A DNA stretch of 32,000 nucleotides from Crocosphaera subtropica ATCC 51142 (GCF_000017845.1 NC_010546.1:1110001-1142000); one strand, 5' to 3'. Counted from the stretch's first letter, positions 1-8,276 are shown. Notes: generated from the letters alone by a model not told the origin. Program-made: numbers and translations.

Positions 1-92
1 AGGTCAGACGATTAACAGCACAACTAACGGCAGCTTATAACCGCATTGCTGCCTTAGAAGAACAATTATTAGCTTGTCGGATGATGCCTTGA
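1..92 (+). CDS. 3' end of an unidentified CDS entering from upstream of the window (partial)
   Basis: The frame is open from the window edge, with the first full codon at nt 3. It reads VRRLTAQLTAAYNRIAALEEQLLACRMMP and ends at TGA 90-92. It is too short to identify. Confidence 0.3.
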   Translation, partial: VRRLTAQLTAAYNRIAALEEQLLACRMMP

Positions 93-174
93 AAGGGCAA
101 ACAACCACGCACAAGGGGCGGAAAGTCCGTTACATGATCAGCCTCTGATAAATATTAAGGTTTTCTGTTAAGGG

Positions 175-846
175 TTAATTATTGGGCGGAGTGGTTTGAG
201 GAATAGGTGACCCGTTGGGTTGAGAAGGGAGTGCAGGATCAGTCGGATAATTATCTAGCCCGTTAGCAGGATTATTAGGCAGGGTTGAGGGAAAATTATT
301 GGGATAACCGCCAGGTAGACCGTTTTGGGATGGTAAAGGACTTAGGGTCGGATCATTCCAAGTGTTGCTGGCTTCATTTTCCCCAGGTAACGTGGCTAAG
401 GCAACGCGATCGCCCCCCACTTCTCGTAACATATCCAAAACTTCTATGACCTCGTTATAAGTGGCATTTCTAGAAGCATGAAGCACCATTAAACCTTCAG
501 GATTCAATTGATGATAACTCTTAATTTGATTAAATAATTGATTATGAGTCACTAATTGTTTTTCGACATAGACTTGACCAAAATCATCCAAACTGACCAC
601 CAACATCTCCCGCATTTGGGGAGTTCCTGATGCTGCTCTGGGTAAATCTAAACTGATAGCCTGTTGGCGAGATAAACCCACAGCACCGAGGATAAAAAAG
701 GTCAAAATACAAAAGATCACATCGATCATGGGTAAAATTTCGATGCGGACTTCTTGGTTTGCTGAAGAATCTTGCCACAAATTGAGAGGACGGGAATGAA
801 CAGAAGACTTATGGGATCTCTTCCGAGAGGTGTTACTAGCAGTCAT
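175..846 (-). CDS. exbD: ExbD/TolR-family biopolymer transport protein with a long Pro/Asn-rich C-terminal extension
   Basis: 223-aa ORF with an ATG start. It has an N-terminal TM segment (EILPMIDVIFCILTFFILGAV) followed by an ExbD/TolR-type periplasmic domain (LDLP...VVSLD...VYVEKQ...HASRNATYNEVIEVLDMLREVG). It lies directly downstream of exbB. The C-terminal 65 aa or so are Pro/Asn/Gly rich. Confidence 0.8.
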   Translation of the reverse strand: MTASNTSRKRSHKSSVHSRPLNLWQDSSANQEVRIEILPMIDVIFCILTFFILGAVGLSRQQAISLDLPRAASGTPQMREMLVVSLDDFGQVYVEKQLVTHNQLFNQIKSYHQLNPEGLMVLHASRNATYNEVIEVLDMLREVGGDRVALATLPGENEASNTWNDPTLSPLPSQNGLPGGYPNNFPSTLPNNPANGLDNYPTDPALPSQPNGSPIPQTTPPNN

Positions 847-880
847 AGGTCAATATTTAAGAAAATGAGTATATTAGTGC

Positions 881-1570
881 TTATTGATCAAAAGTGTCTG
901 TAAACTTTGAGGGAGTATTGCCAGAAAAAGCAGAGGGATTAACTTCGCTATCAGACCAGCGTTGACGATAAATTACTTCTAACTCACTACCGGCTTTACG
1001 AAAAATCCTTACCTGATTAGACCACAGGGACTGGAAAATCCGATAAAAGGTCAAACTAATAATGGCAACAATCAATCCTGTCGCAGTTGAAATAAGGGCT
1101 TCTCCAATACCCAGGGTAACACCTGTGGTTGAGGAAGTGCCGAGATCGCTAATTTGGATGTTGCCTAAAGAGGTAATCAGTCCCAATACCGTCCCCAGTA
1201 ATCCTAATAAGGGAGACAGAGCAATCACCGCTTCTAATACCTTATCCCCTCGTCTCATCAAGGCCAGTTCGTCATCGGCCGATGATTCTAGGGCTAAATG
1301 GAAAACCTCTGGATCGGGGTTATCTAATCTCAGAGGACCATAGAGAAAACTGCCCATAGGATGTTTACTATTCTCTTTAGCCACTTTCGGCGCAGCATCC
1401 CAATTGCGAGCAGCAGTTTCGAGGACTCGATTCAAGATTTTTCCTTCTTTGAGCAAAAATCGTATCCAAAATATAGAGCGTTCAATAATGGTACTTAAAG
1501 CTAATACTGACAAAATCAGAAGCGGCCACATAGCCACTCCGCCTTTTGTCATAATTTCTTGGATATTCAC
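881..1570 (-). CDS. exbB: MotA/TolQ/ExbB proton-channel family protein
   Basis: 229-aa ORF with a GTG start and a GGAGG Shine-Dalgarno about 9-13 nt upstream. The N-terminus [23 protein letters not shown] and C-terminal motifs [15 protein letters not shown] and [17 protein letters not shown] are typical of ExbB/TolQ. It forms an operon with exbD. Confidence 0.85.
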   Translation of the reverse strand: MNIQEIMTKGGVAMWPLLILSVLALSTIIERSIFWIRFLLKEGKILNRVLETAARNWDAAPKVAKENSKHPMGSFLYGPLRLDNPDPEVFHLALESSADDELALMRRGDKVLEAVIALSPLLGLLGTVLGLITSLGNIQISDLGTSSTTGVTLGIGEALISTATGLIVAIISLTFYRIFQSLWSNQVRIFRKAGSELEVIYRQRWSDSEVNPSAFSGNTPSKFTDTFDQ

Positions 1571-1744
1571 AGTTTTGATTAACCTCCGTTGCTGATCCCC
1601 ATTGAGAAATACATTAACAGTTGTAATGATTTATTTACAATTTATTAGATTCATATTTAGCAATTAATTATATCCTCAAAGAAGGAGATATTGTTTATTC
1701 TCAAAGACACGACTCATAGAAATTATTACGCAGGTATTTATGCC

Positions 1745-2040
1745 AAGAGACATGGGACTTTTAACGGTAACCACACTCAGAGATTACTCCGCCCTTCGGG
1801 TGCGCCAGTTGCGACCCTTAGGGAGATCCCAAGACCCTCTGGGTTCGGCAGTTGACGGCACTCACTACTCGGATACAAGCTCCGAGTCCGTGCCTCCTCT
1901 TGATGGGAACCACCAAGACCACACTGGACTCACCGCACTGGACTCACCGTACAACGATGGAACCTGATCTGGAGGACATGGGTGGCAAAATGGTTCGCCA
2001 CCGTGAGATGTCCGTGACCGTTGGTGAACATTGCCGTATT
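1745..2040. other. GC-rich, hairpin- and repeat-dense island; candidate unclassified structured RNA, 5' leader or foreign DNA remnant
   Basis: By eye this stretch is clearly more GC-rich than its AT-rich intergenic flanks. Nested hairpins: ACTCGGA(1867-1873)/TCCGAGT(1881-1887) enclosed by GGCAC(1857-1861)/GTGCC(1890-1894), and GGTGGC(1981-1986)/GCCACC(1997-2002). An exact 14-nt tandem duplication CACTGGACTCACCG lies at 1922-1935 and 1936-1949. GACATGGG occurs at about 1749 and about 1975. I could not match it to any known RNA family from memory. Confidence 0.35.
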
Positions 2041-2053
2041 GTAAATGGAATGA

Positions 2054-3340
2054 ATGGTAATGAGGACTCTAAAAATGACGAAAGCCACAGTAGGCTTTCT
2101 CTCTATCTGTTGTTTGGGTGGTTTAATTGCTATCTCAAAAACATATCTTTCTAATGTTTTTACAGACGTTCGAGGGTTGCAAGAAGTTTCCCCAAGAATG
2201 ATTTTTCCTCAACCAACCCTTCAAGAAAGACAGTTGGTTGATGCACAAGTGCAATTTGGCTTTAAATTATTCTCTACTTTAACGAAAAGCCAAAAAAATG
2301 AAAATATCTTTATTTGTCCCACCAGTCTCGCCCTGACGTTATCTATGCTCTACAATGGAGCAACAGGAATCACGCAAACAGAAATCGCTAGGGGGTTAGG
2401 CTTCAATGATATTAGTGCCAATACCCTTAACCGCGCTAATCAAACCCTAAAGCAAGACTTAAATAGTCATGACTTTTATCGTTACTTAACCATGACTAAT
2501 TCTCTGTGGGCTAGGGAAGGATTTTCGTTTCGTTACCAATTTCTTAAGGATAGTCGTAGTTATTATCAAGCGAAAATCACTAACTTGGACTTTGCAAGTT
2601 CTGAAGCTAGGGGCATTATGAACCGTTGGGTAACAGAAGAAACTCAAGGTCAAATCCAAGAAATTATGGATCACACTCAGGCTGATGATGTTCTGTTTCT
2701 AATCAATACGGCTTCTTTTCAAGGAGTCTGGGAAACGGGATTTGATAGAAATTCTATGGAGGATAAACCGTTTCATTTAATCGATCAATCCGTTAAAACT
2801 TATCCTTTTATATCTCGTTACGGAACCTATAACTATCTCGAAACTTCTCAAATCAAAGGGGTAGAAATTCCTTATGAAAACGGACGTTTTAGTTTATATT
2901 TATTTTTATCCAAACCCGAAAATAATTTAACTCAAATCGTACAAGAGTTAACCGCTAAAAAGTTATCAAAACTCTTATCTAAATTTCAAGAAACTAACCT
3001 GTTATTAGAGTTGCCTCGGTTTACTTTAAATTATGAGGTAGATTTGACAGAATCATTGAAAAAATTAGGATTTTCAACTATGTTTGATTCTGGTAAAGCG
3101 CAGTTTTCTGAATTAAGTTCTCATCCTACCTATGTCAATGGGATTAAACATCAAACAACTCTAGTCATTAACGAACAAGGGGTTAAACAGACCCCTCAAA
3201 AGAACTTAGTGGTTAAAGCAACTTCAGTCAATAATGTAACAGAACAAATGTCTTTTACGGCTGATCGTCCTTTTTTCTCTCTAATTAGGGATAATGAAAC
3301 AGGGAATATTTTATTTATGGGAATGATTTTTGAACCTTAA
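2054..3340 (+). CDS. Serpin-family protein (bacterial serine protease inhibitor homologue) with an N-terminal signal or anchor segment
   Basis: 428-aa ORF. Serpin hallmarks: NIFICPTSLALTLSMLYNGATGITQTEI near the N-terminus, the breach/shutter region FLINTASFQGVWETGF, and the C-terminal signature FTADRPFFSLIRDNETGNILFMGMIFEP. The start is ambiguous among ATGs at 2054, 2060 and 2075. Confidence 0.85.
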   Translation: MVMRTLKMTKATVGFLSICCLGGLIAISKTYLSNVFTDVRGLQEVSPRMIFPQPTLQERQLVDAQVQFGFKLFSTLTKSQKNENIFICPTSLALTLSMLYNGATGITQTEIARGLGFNDISANTLNRANQTLKQDLNSHDFYRYLTMTNSLWAREGFSFRYQFLKDSRSYYQAKITNLDFASSEARGIMNRWVTEETQGQIQEIMDHTQADDVLFLINTASFQGVWETGFDRNSMEDKPFHLIDQSVKTYPFISRYGTYNYLETSQIKGVEIPYENGRFSLYLFLSKPENNLTQIVQELTAKKLSKLLSKFQETNLLLELPRFTLNYEVDLTESLKKLGFSTMFDSGKAQFSELSSHPTYVNGIKHQTTLVINEQGVKQTPQKNLVVKATSVNNVTEQMSFTADRPFFSLIRDNETGNILFMGMIFEP

Positions 3341-4372
3341 GCTGTCCACTAAATAATCTAAGTTGAAATCTGATAATTGTACTGTTTTGCTCATCTGGGA
3401 AGACATTTTTTTCAGGGATCTTCTATAGGCGGGATCGTAATGAACGATTAATAAATCTTGAACAACTTCTTTCCATTGTTTCTTATCTATCCAATGGTAC
3501 CATTGACTGAGTTTCTCCCACCCATAATAAGCTTTTAGATATTGTAATTTGTTTTTGAGAATATCAGGATTTTGCGTTAGATAACAGTATTCTTTTAATA
3601 AAAAATCAACTCTTTTTTCTAAAGGTAACTGAATTTCAAAACAAGGAGACTGTTTCATTTTTTTCCATAAACTTCCTGGTAGATAAACATTACCAATTTT
3701 ATAACTTTCTGATTCTATCCAAATAGGTTGATTAACATCAAATTTCAGAAATTCCTGTAATAATAAAGAATCAAAATACTTTTGTGATGGTTGATTGATT
3801 AAATCCCTTTCCCATTGTTCCCCTAATAGTGATCCTCGATGATTAGCAACTTTTTCTAAGTCTAGAACTTGATATCCTCGTTGTTGTAACCCTTGTAAAA
3901 AATAGGTTTTTCCGGTTCCCGTTAATCCACAAATAATATTATAATTATATTGTAATGGTAAAGTCCCTAATTGTTTGCAGACATAAGAACGATAGGTTTT
4001 ATAGCCTCCTTGCAAAACCGTAACTCGCCAACCAATTTGAGCTAAAATAACGGCTAAACTTTGGGATCTTTGTCCTCCTCGCCAACAATAAACTAAGGGA
4101 GAATAACAAGGATCTTTAGCTAAAAAATGCTGATGAATTTGATCAGCAATATTATTAAAAACTAATGAAGCTCCTAATTTTTTGGCTTCAAAAGCAGAAA
4201 CTTCTTTATAAATCGTTCCGATCTTTTTTCGTTCTTCGTTATGAAGCACTGGCAAGTTAATTGCGCCAGGAATATGATCCTCAGCAAACTCATTTTCTGA
4301 TCTAACGTCAATGATCTCACTAGGTGTTTCTGAGAAAGGAAAGTGAGTAAAATTCGCTCTCTTTAAGTTCAT
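3311..4372 (-). CDS. mnmH: tRNA 2-selenouridine synthase (rhodanese plus P-loop)
   Basis: 353-aa ORF. It has an N-terminal rhodanese domain (IDVRSENEFAEDHIPGAINLPVL...ERKKIGTIYK) with the active-site loop CWRGGQRS. A P-loop GLTGTGKT follows. The order and length match MnmH/SelU/YbbB. Confidence 0.85.
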   Translation of the reverse strand: MNLKRANFTHFPFSETPSEIIDVRSENEFAEDHIPGAINLPVLHNEERKKIGTIYKEVSAFEAKKLGASLVFNNIADQIHQHFLAKDPCYSPLVYCWRGGQRSQSLAVILAQIGWRVTVLQGGYKTYRSYVCKQLGTLPLQYNYNIICGLTGTGKTYFLQGLQQRGYQVLDLEKVANHRGSLLGEQWERDLINQPSQKYFDSLLLQEFLKFDVNQPIWIESESYKIGNVYLPGSLWKKMKQSPCFEIQLPLEKRVDFLLKEYCYLTQNPDILKNKLQYLKAYYGWEKLSQWYHWIDKKQWKEVVQDLLIVHYDPAYRRSLKKMSSQMSKTVQLSDFNLDYLVDSLRFKNHSHK

Positions 4373-4858
4373 TGTTTATTATAAGCTGTTGTGCATTGAA
4401 ATAGGGGATTTAAAATTTTAGTACAAAGGCTTAAAGGCTTTTTCCCTACTCCTTTTGCTCTACTTCGACTAAGCTCAGTGTCAATCTGCTCCCATGCAGT
4501 CCCAACTAGCAATTGAAATGATTAACAGCTTATCGCTGTTATTATTTTACCTTAATAATAAGAATATTATCATCAATTCTTCTCATAAGTTTACTCTTAA
4601 CTATTTCAAGAGAGAAATAATTATCCTTTTAAGGAGGATATTAACTAATCAAAAATATAAGATTTTCTGCACTTGAAAAATTTTATTAGTATATTTTAGG
4701 TTAAAATCAGGTAATATTTTGATTAACCCAAAATTAATTTGAAAAATATTAAAATAAACCATATTATCTTGATCTTTATTAAACATATAAGTTAAGATAT
4801 CCGACGTTTGAAACTCGAAAATCCAGCCCTAACCATTGATATTATTTTGGAGATTGTA

Positions 4859-6274
4859 ATGACAGTAAAATCAGGGTTACTGAACCTCTTTTTTGGTGTT
4901 TGTATTGCCACCAATCTAACTCAACTAGCCAGCGCACAAAATTACAAATTAACAAATTATGATTTTGATAATCGACCGAGTTTAGGACAAGTTCCTAACG
5001 AAAATGGTGACCTCACTGATATTCTCTTGGGTGGACTTTCTGGTTTATATTTTGAAGGATTTAATGGCAATAATTTACGTTTCGTGACTCATCCAGATCG
5101 TGGACCCCTACCGTTTCCTTTGCCTGATTTACAGCCTGAAATTGTTCGTTTTGAATTAGATGTAATCAGCAATAATATTACAATTGTAGACCGCATTAAT
5201 TTAGTTCAATCTGACGGAATCACCCCCTTATCCGTACTCCCTAATTTACAAGCAGGAGAACAAGGAACCGCTTACACAGATCAGTTCGGAGTGGATTTAT
5301 TAGGGAACTCAATTCCTAATGATCCTTTAGGTGCAGACTTAGAAGGAATTGTCATTGATCAACGTGATAATAGTTTTTGGATGGTAGACGAATATCGACC
5401 AGCCATCTATCATTTTAATTCCGTTGGAACCTTATTAAATCGTTTTGTTCCGATGGGAACAGCAGCAGCAGTTAATGAACCGTTAGGAACCTTTGGAACG
5501 GAAATTATTCCTTCAGTTTATGCTCAAAGAAGAGCCAATCGAGGCTTTGAAGCAGTGGCATTAAATCAAGATACTAATTTATTATATGCCTTCATTCAAA
5601 GTCCTATTGATAACCCTGATAATACAGGGGATACAACTTCAAGAAATAGTGATATTTTGCGTATCCTAGAACTGGATATTAGTAATCCCACTAACCCCCT
5701 AGTCAGTGGTCAATTTGTCTACTTATTAAATAACGATTTATATGACACAAATGTTGATAAAATTGGGGATGCTGTTTGGTTACAAGATAATCGTTTCGCT
5801 GTCATTCAAAGAGATTCTGATCTTGGTTTGAATGCTAGTAAATTGGTGTTTGAAATTGATTTATCTGATGCGACTAATTTAGAGACAGATGTTTTTAGTT
5901 TAGTGCCGAATAAAACCTTAGAAGAACATACTGCTGAAGAGTTAGGAACAGCAGGAATTATTCCTGTTGATAAAACCTTTTTATTTAATCTACCTGATTT
6001 GGGTTATTTAGCAGGAGATAAACCAGAAGGATTAGCTTTAATTCCTGGAAAACAGCCGACTTTTGTAGTCATTAATGATAACGATTATGGGTTATTAGAT
6101 GATGACATTCCTGGTGATGGCCGTCAAAATTTCAATCCTAATCCTATTCCTGTGGTAGTCGGTGTTATTACCCCAGTTCCTGAACCGTCTAATCATGCTT
6201 TATTAGGAACTATTTTCTTATTAGGAATTGGCTCAATATTTCGTCGTTACACTACTTTCGTTAAACGGGGTTAA
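4859..6274 (+). CDS. Secreted phytase-like/esterase-like repeat protein with a C-terminal PEP-CTERM sorting signal
   Basis: The ORF track starts at TTG 4808. ATG 4859 with GGAG upstream yields a clean signal peptide, MTVKSGLLNLFFGVCIATNLTQLASAQ. The C-terminus PVPEPSNHALLGTIFLLGIGSIFRRY is a VPEP motif followed by a TM helix and a basic tail, which defines PEP-CTERM. The body resembles the 'esterase-like activity of phytase' beta-propeller family (GADLEGIV..., RGFEAVAL, KPEGLALIP). Confidence 0.75.
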   Translation: MTVKSGLLNLFFGVCIATNLTQLASAQNYKLTNYDFDNRPSLGQVPNENGDLTDILLGGLSGLYFEGFNGNNLRFVTHPDRGPLPFPLPDLQPEIVRFELDVISNNITIVDRINLVQSDGITPLSVLPNLQAGEQGTAYTDQFGVDLLGNSIPNDPLGADLEGIVIDQRDNSFWMVDEYRPAIYHFNSVGTLLNRFVPMGTAAAVNEPLGTFGTEIIPSVYAQRRANRGFEAVALNQDTNLLYAFIQSPIDNPDNTGDTTSRNSDILRILELDISNPTNPLVSGQFVYLLNNDLYDTNVDKIGDAVWLQDNRFAVIQRDSDLGLNASKLVFEIDLSDATNLETDVFSLVPNKTLEEHTAEELGTAGIIPVDKTFLFNLPDLGYLAGDKPEGLALIPGKQPTFVVINDNDYGLLDDDIPGDGRQNFNPNPIPVVVGVITPVPEPSNHALLGTIFLLGIGSIFRRYTTFVKRG

Positions 6275-7434
6275 ATTAGATGTTTTAATCCTTGCACTAA
6301 TCTTTCTATTCCTGTGGTTGCTGTTTCTTTTTGTAGCGCACCATACGCAATGCGTAAATAGCAACCTTTCTTGATTCCAAAAGTTTCCCCAGGAAGCACA
6401 GCTATTTGATAATTTTCGATTAATTTTTTTACTAATTCAAAATCTTTCATGTCCGTATTAATTTTTAAGAAAAAGTAAAAAGCTCCTTGACTGGAAACTA
6501 AGGTACACATAGCTTCTAATGGTCGAAGATGATAGATAAAAATATCTCGAACTTTCTTGATTTCTTCTAGATGTTTTTTACAGTAACTTTTACCAACCTT
6601 TAACGCTCCTAACGCTGCATATTGGGAAATAACAGGAGGACAAATTAAAATGGTGTCTTGAATCTTTTTAACGGCTTCTAATAAATGGTTAGGAACGACC
6701 ATATAACCAATTCTCCAACTCGCAAACCCATAGGCTTTAGATAAACTATATAAAGAAATAGTATAGGAATCACTATCAATAATTGAAGCAGGAGAAAAAT
6801 GCTTAATTCCATCGTAGGTAAAATATTCATAAGCTTCATCAGAAATATGATAAATTCCGTTTTCTCGACACAGTTGGTTAACCTCTCTTAAACTAGACTC
6901 AGAATAAATAACCCCTGTCGGATTATTAGGAGAAATGGTAACAATAGCACGGGTTTTGGCAGTAATCGCTGCTTTTATTTTATCTAAAGACAGTTGATAC
7001 TTATCATCAGTATTAACTAAGATAGGATGACAACTAGCCATCGTAATAGCCATTTCATGATTAAAATAATAGGGAGTATTCAGGATAATCTCATCTCCAG
7101 CATTGGTAATGGCTAAAATAGCATTCATAAACGCCATATTTGACCCTGCGGTTACAATAATAGACCGATAATTATTAATCGTTATTTTATTATCTTCTTG
7201 TAATTTTGTAACAATTTGCTCAATTAAGGAATGAATACCTTGAACTGATTTATACTGATGATTATGGGGATGATTAAAAAATTGATTAATTCCTTCTATT
7301 GCTTCTGGGGGAGGGGGATAATATACCACTCCTTGTCCTAAGGAAATTGTCCCAGGATTCTCTCTTATCAATTGTCCTACCATCGGAATTATAGGAGATT
7401 GTACCCTATTCATTCGTGAAGTAAAGTTTGTCAT
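6271..7434 (-). CDS. PLP-dependent aminotransferase, class I/II (aspartate aminotransferase-like)
   Basis: 387-aa ORF. The PLP-lysine motif is YSLSKAYGFASWRIGY. SPNNPTG and the overall length are typical of fold-type I aminotransferases. Its stop shares the tetranucleotide TTAA with the convergent upstream gene (6271-6274). Confidence 0.8.
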   Translation of the reverse strand: MTNFTSRMNRVQSPIIPMVGQLIRENPGTISLGQGVVYYPPPPEAIEGINQFFNHPHNHQYKSVQGIHSLIEQIVTKLQEDNKITINNYRSIIVTAGSNMAFMNAILAITNAGDEIILNTPYYFNHEMAITMASCHPILVNTDDKYQLSLDKIKAAITAKTRAIVTISPNNPTGVIYSESSLREVNQLCRENGIYHISDEAYEYFTYDGIKHFSPASIIDSDSYTISLYSLSKAYGFASWRIGYMVVPNHLLEAVKKIQDTILICPPVISQYAALGALKVGKSYCKKHLEEIKKVRDIFIYHLRPLEAMCTLVSSQGAFYFFLKINTDMKDFELVKKLIENYQIAVLPGETFGIKKGCYLRIAYGALQKETATTGIERLVQGLKHLI

Positions 7435-7694
7435 TAATTTTCTTTCTCGTTACTAATATTAGTAATAGTTCTCGTTGATATTAATCCTTAATGATTCAAT
7501 GGCTATCATAGCTTATATAACAATGGAAATTGCCAAAAAACTTAAGAAAATTATTATAATTTTGTTGATCATCACACATTTCCCTGATATCAGAAATAAT
7601 TTATTAAATAAATTCGATGAATATTGTTGAAATCGATAAAATTAATTATCATATAAGTTAAAGAATAAATGTCAAACGACTGACGAGTATAATC

Positions 7695-7940
7695 ATGGAT
7701 AAAGACACCCAATTTGCCTTATTAGTAATAGGATTACCCTTAGTTGGCTTACTGTATTGTGGCTTAATTATTGCCTTTTTAATGAATAATCCATTTGGTC
7801 GAGAACACCCTTTAATCACAGGATTTGTGGTGATGGTTGTTCCTTTTTCCACCGCAGCGACAATCTGGATTAAAGCCTCAGCAAAAGCCTATAAAGAACA
7901 TGAACTGAGAAACCACTCCACAGGCCATCAATTAAAATAA
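7695..7940 (+). CDS. Small predicted membrane protein (2 TM segments), hypothetical
   Basis: 81-aa ORF with an ATG start. It has two hydrophobic segments (FALLVIGLPLVGLLYCGLIIAFL and LITGFVVMVVPFSTAATIWI). It is co-directional with the trypco2-like gene and ends 27 nt before it. No obvious SD was seen and no family was recognised. Confidence 0.45.
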   Translation: MDKDTQFALLVIGLPLVGLLYCGLIIAFLMNNPFGREHPLITGFVVMVVPFSTAATIWIKASAKAYKEHELRNHSTGHQLK

Positions 7941-7967
7941 AGGCCAATCAATTATGAATAACTAACA

Positions 7968-8276
7968 ATGGAATTTGGAGACTCTAAACCCCAACAACTT
8001 CCGGTCAGCTTACCCGGTGGAACTTTAATCAAAGTGGAAGTCCAACAAACCGGAAGAGAAGATGTAGCGTTTGACATTAAACCCTTTAGCCAAGTTACCA
8101 AAGCCTTAGAAGAAATTACCGCAGCTTTAGCAGAAACTTTACAAAAGACTAAACCCGATAAAGCTTCTATTAAATTTGGGTTAGAATTAGGCATAGAAAA
8201 AGGAGAACTCATTGCCATCCTTGTCAAAGGATCGGGTAAAGCCAACTTAGAAGTCACCCTGGAATGGGGCAAATAA
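7968..8276 (+). CDS. Trypsin-co-occurring domain 2 (trypco2 / CU044_2847-like) small protein
   Basis: 102-aa ORF. The pattern is an N-terminal beta segment (GGTLIKVEV), a helix (VTKALEEITAALAETLQKTKP), KASIKFGLELGIEKGE, and a terminal GSGKANLEVTLEW. This matches my recollection of the roughly 100-aa family found next to trypsin-like peptidases. It ends 66 nt upstream of the protease-NACHT gene. The 109-aa antisense ORF at 7952-8281 was rejected. Confidence 0.6.
   Translation: MEFGDSKPQQLPVSLPGGTLIKVEVQQTGREDVAFDIKPFSQVTKALEEITAALAETLQKTKPDKASIKFGLELGIEKGELIAILVKGSGKANLEVTLEWGK

Noticed and set aside
120-128. GGAAAGTCC, the P4 core motif of RNase P RNA
   Set aside because: It is an isolated 9-mer with none of the other conserved RNase P elements (for example ACAGAACCCGGCUUA) nearby. 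It lies in a short intergenic spacer.
1961-1973. AACCTGATCTGGA, which resembles the conserved GAACCUGAUCUGGAUAAUGCCAGCG core of TPP riboswitches
   Set aside because: No CUGAGA element occurs at the right spacing. No CCAG completes the P5 stem. There is no pyrimidine-sensor context, and the flanking genes are unrelated to thiamine. It is probably coincidental, and a covariance-model search would settle it.
1810-2010. Possible cobalamin riboswitch upstream of exbB on the minus strand or the serpin on the plus strand (AGGGA...hairpin...GCCACCGTGA)
   Set aside because: The conserved GGUG.AAAUCC segment and the B12 box (AGNC.GGAAGACCUGCC-like) are absent on both strands. There is only vague resemblance.
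1740-2154. Two overlapping plus-strand ORFs (75 aa and 100 aa) inside the GC-rich island
   Set aside because: They have no SD and no recognisable domains. Their composition is low-complexity (Thr/Ser/Pro/His/Asp-rich), driven by GC-rich repeats. The second runs into the serpin start in a different frame. The region is treated as non-coding or structured instead.
4494-4676. 60-aa plus-strand ORF in the AT-rich selU/PEP-CTERM intergenic region
   Set aside because: The translation is low-complexity and Ile/Asn/Leu/Lys-rich, typical of AT-rich non-coding DNA. No SD was seen.
7499-7630. 43-aa ORF (MAIIAYITMEIAKKLKKIIIILLIITHFPD...) in the AT-rich region upstream of the NACHT module
   Set aside because: It is too short and compositionally biased to support from sequence alone. 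It is noted only as something ribosome profiling could test.
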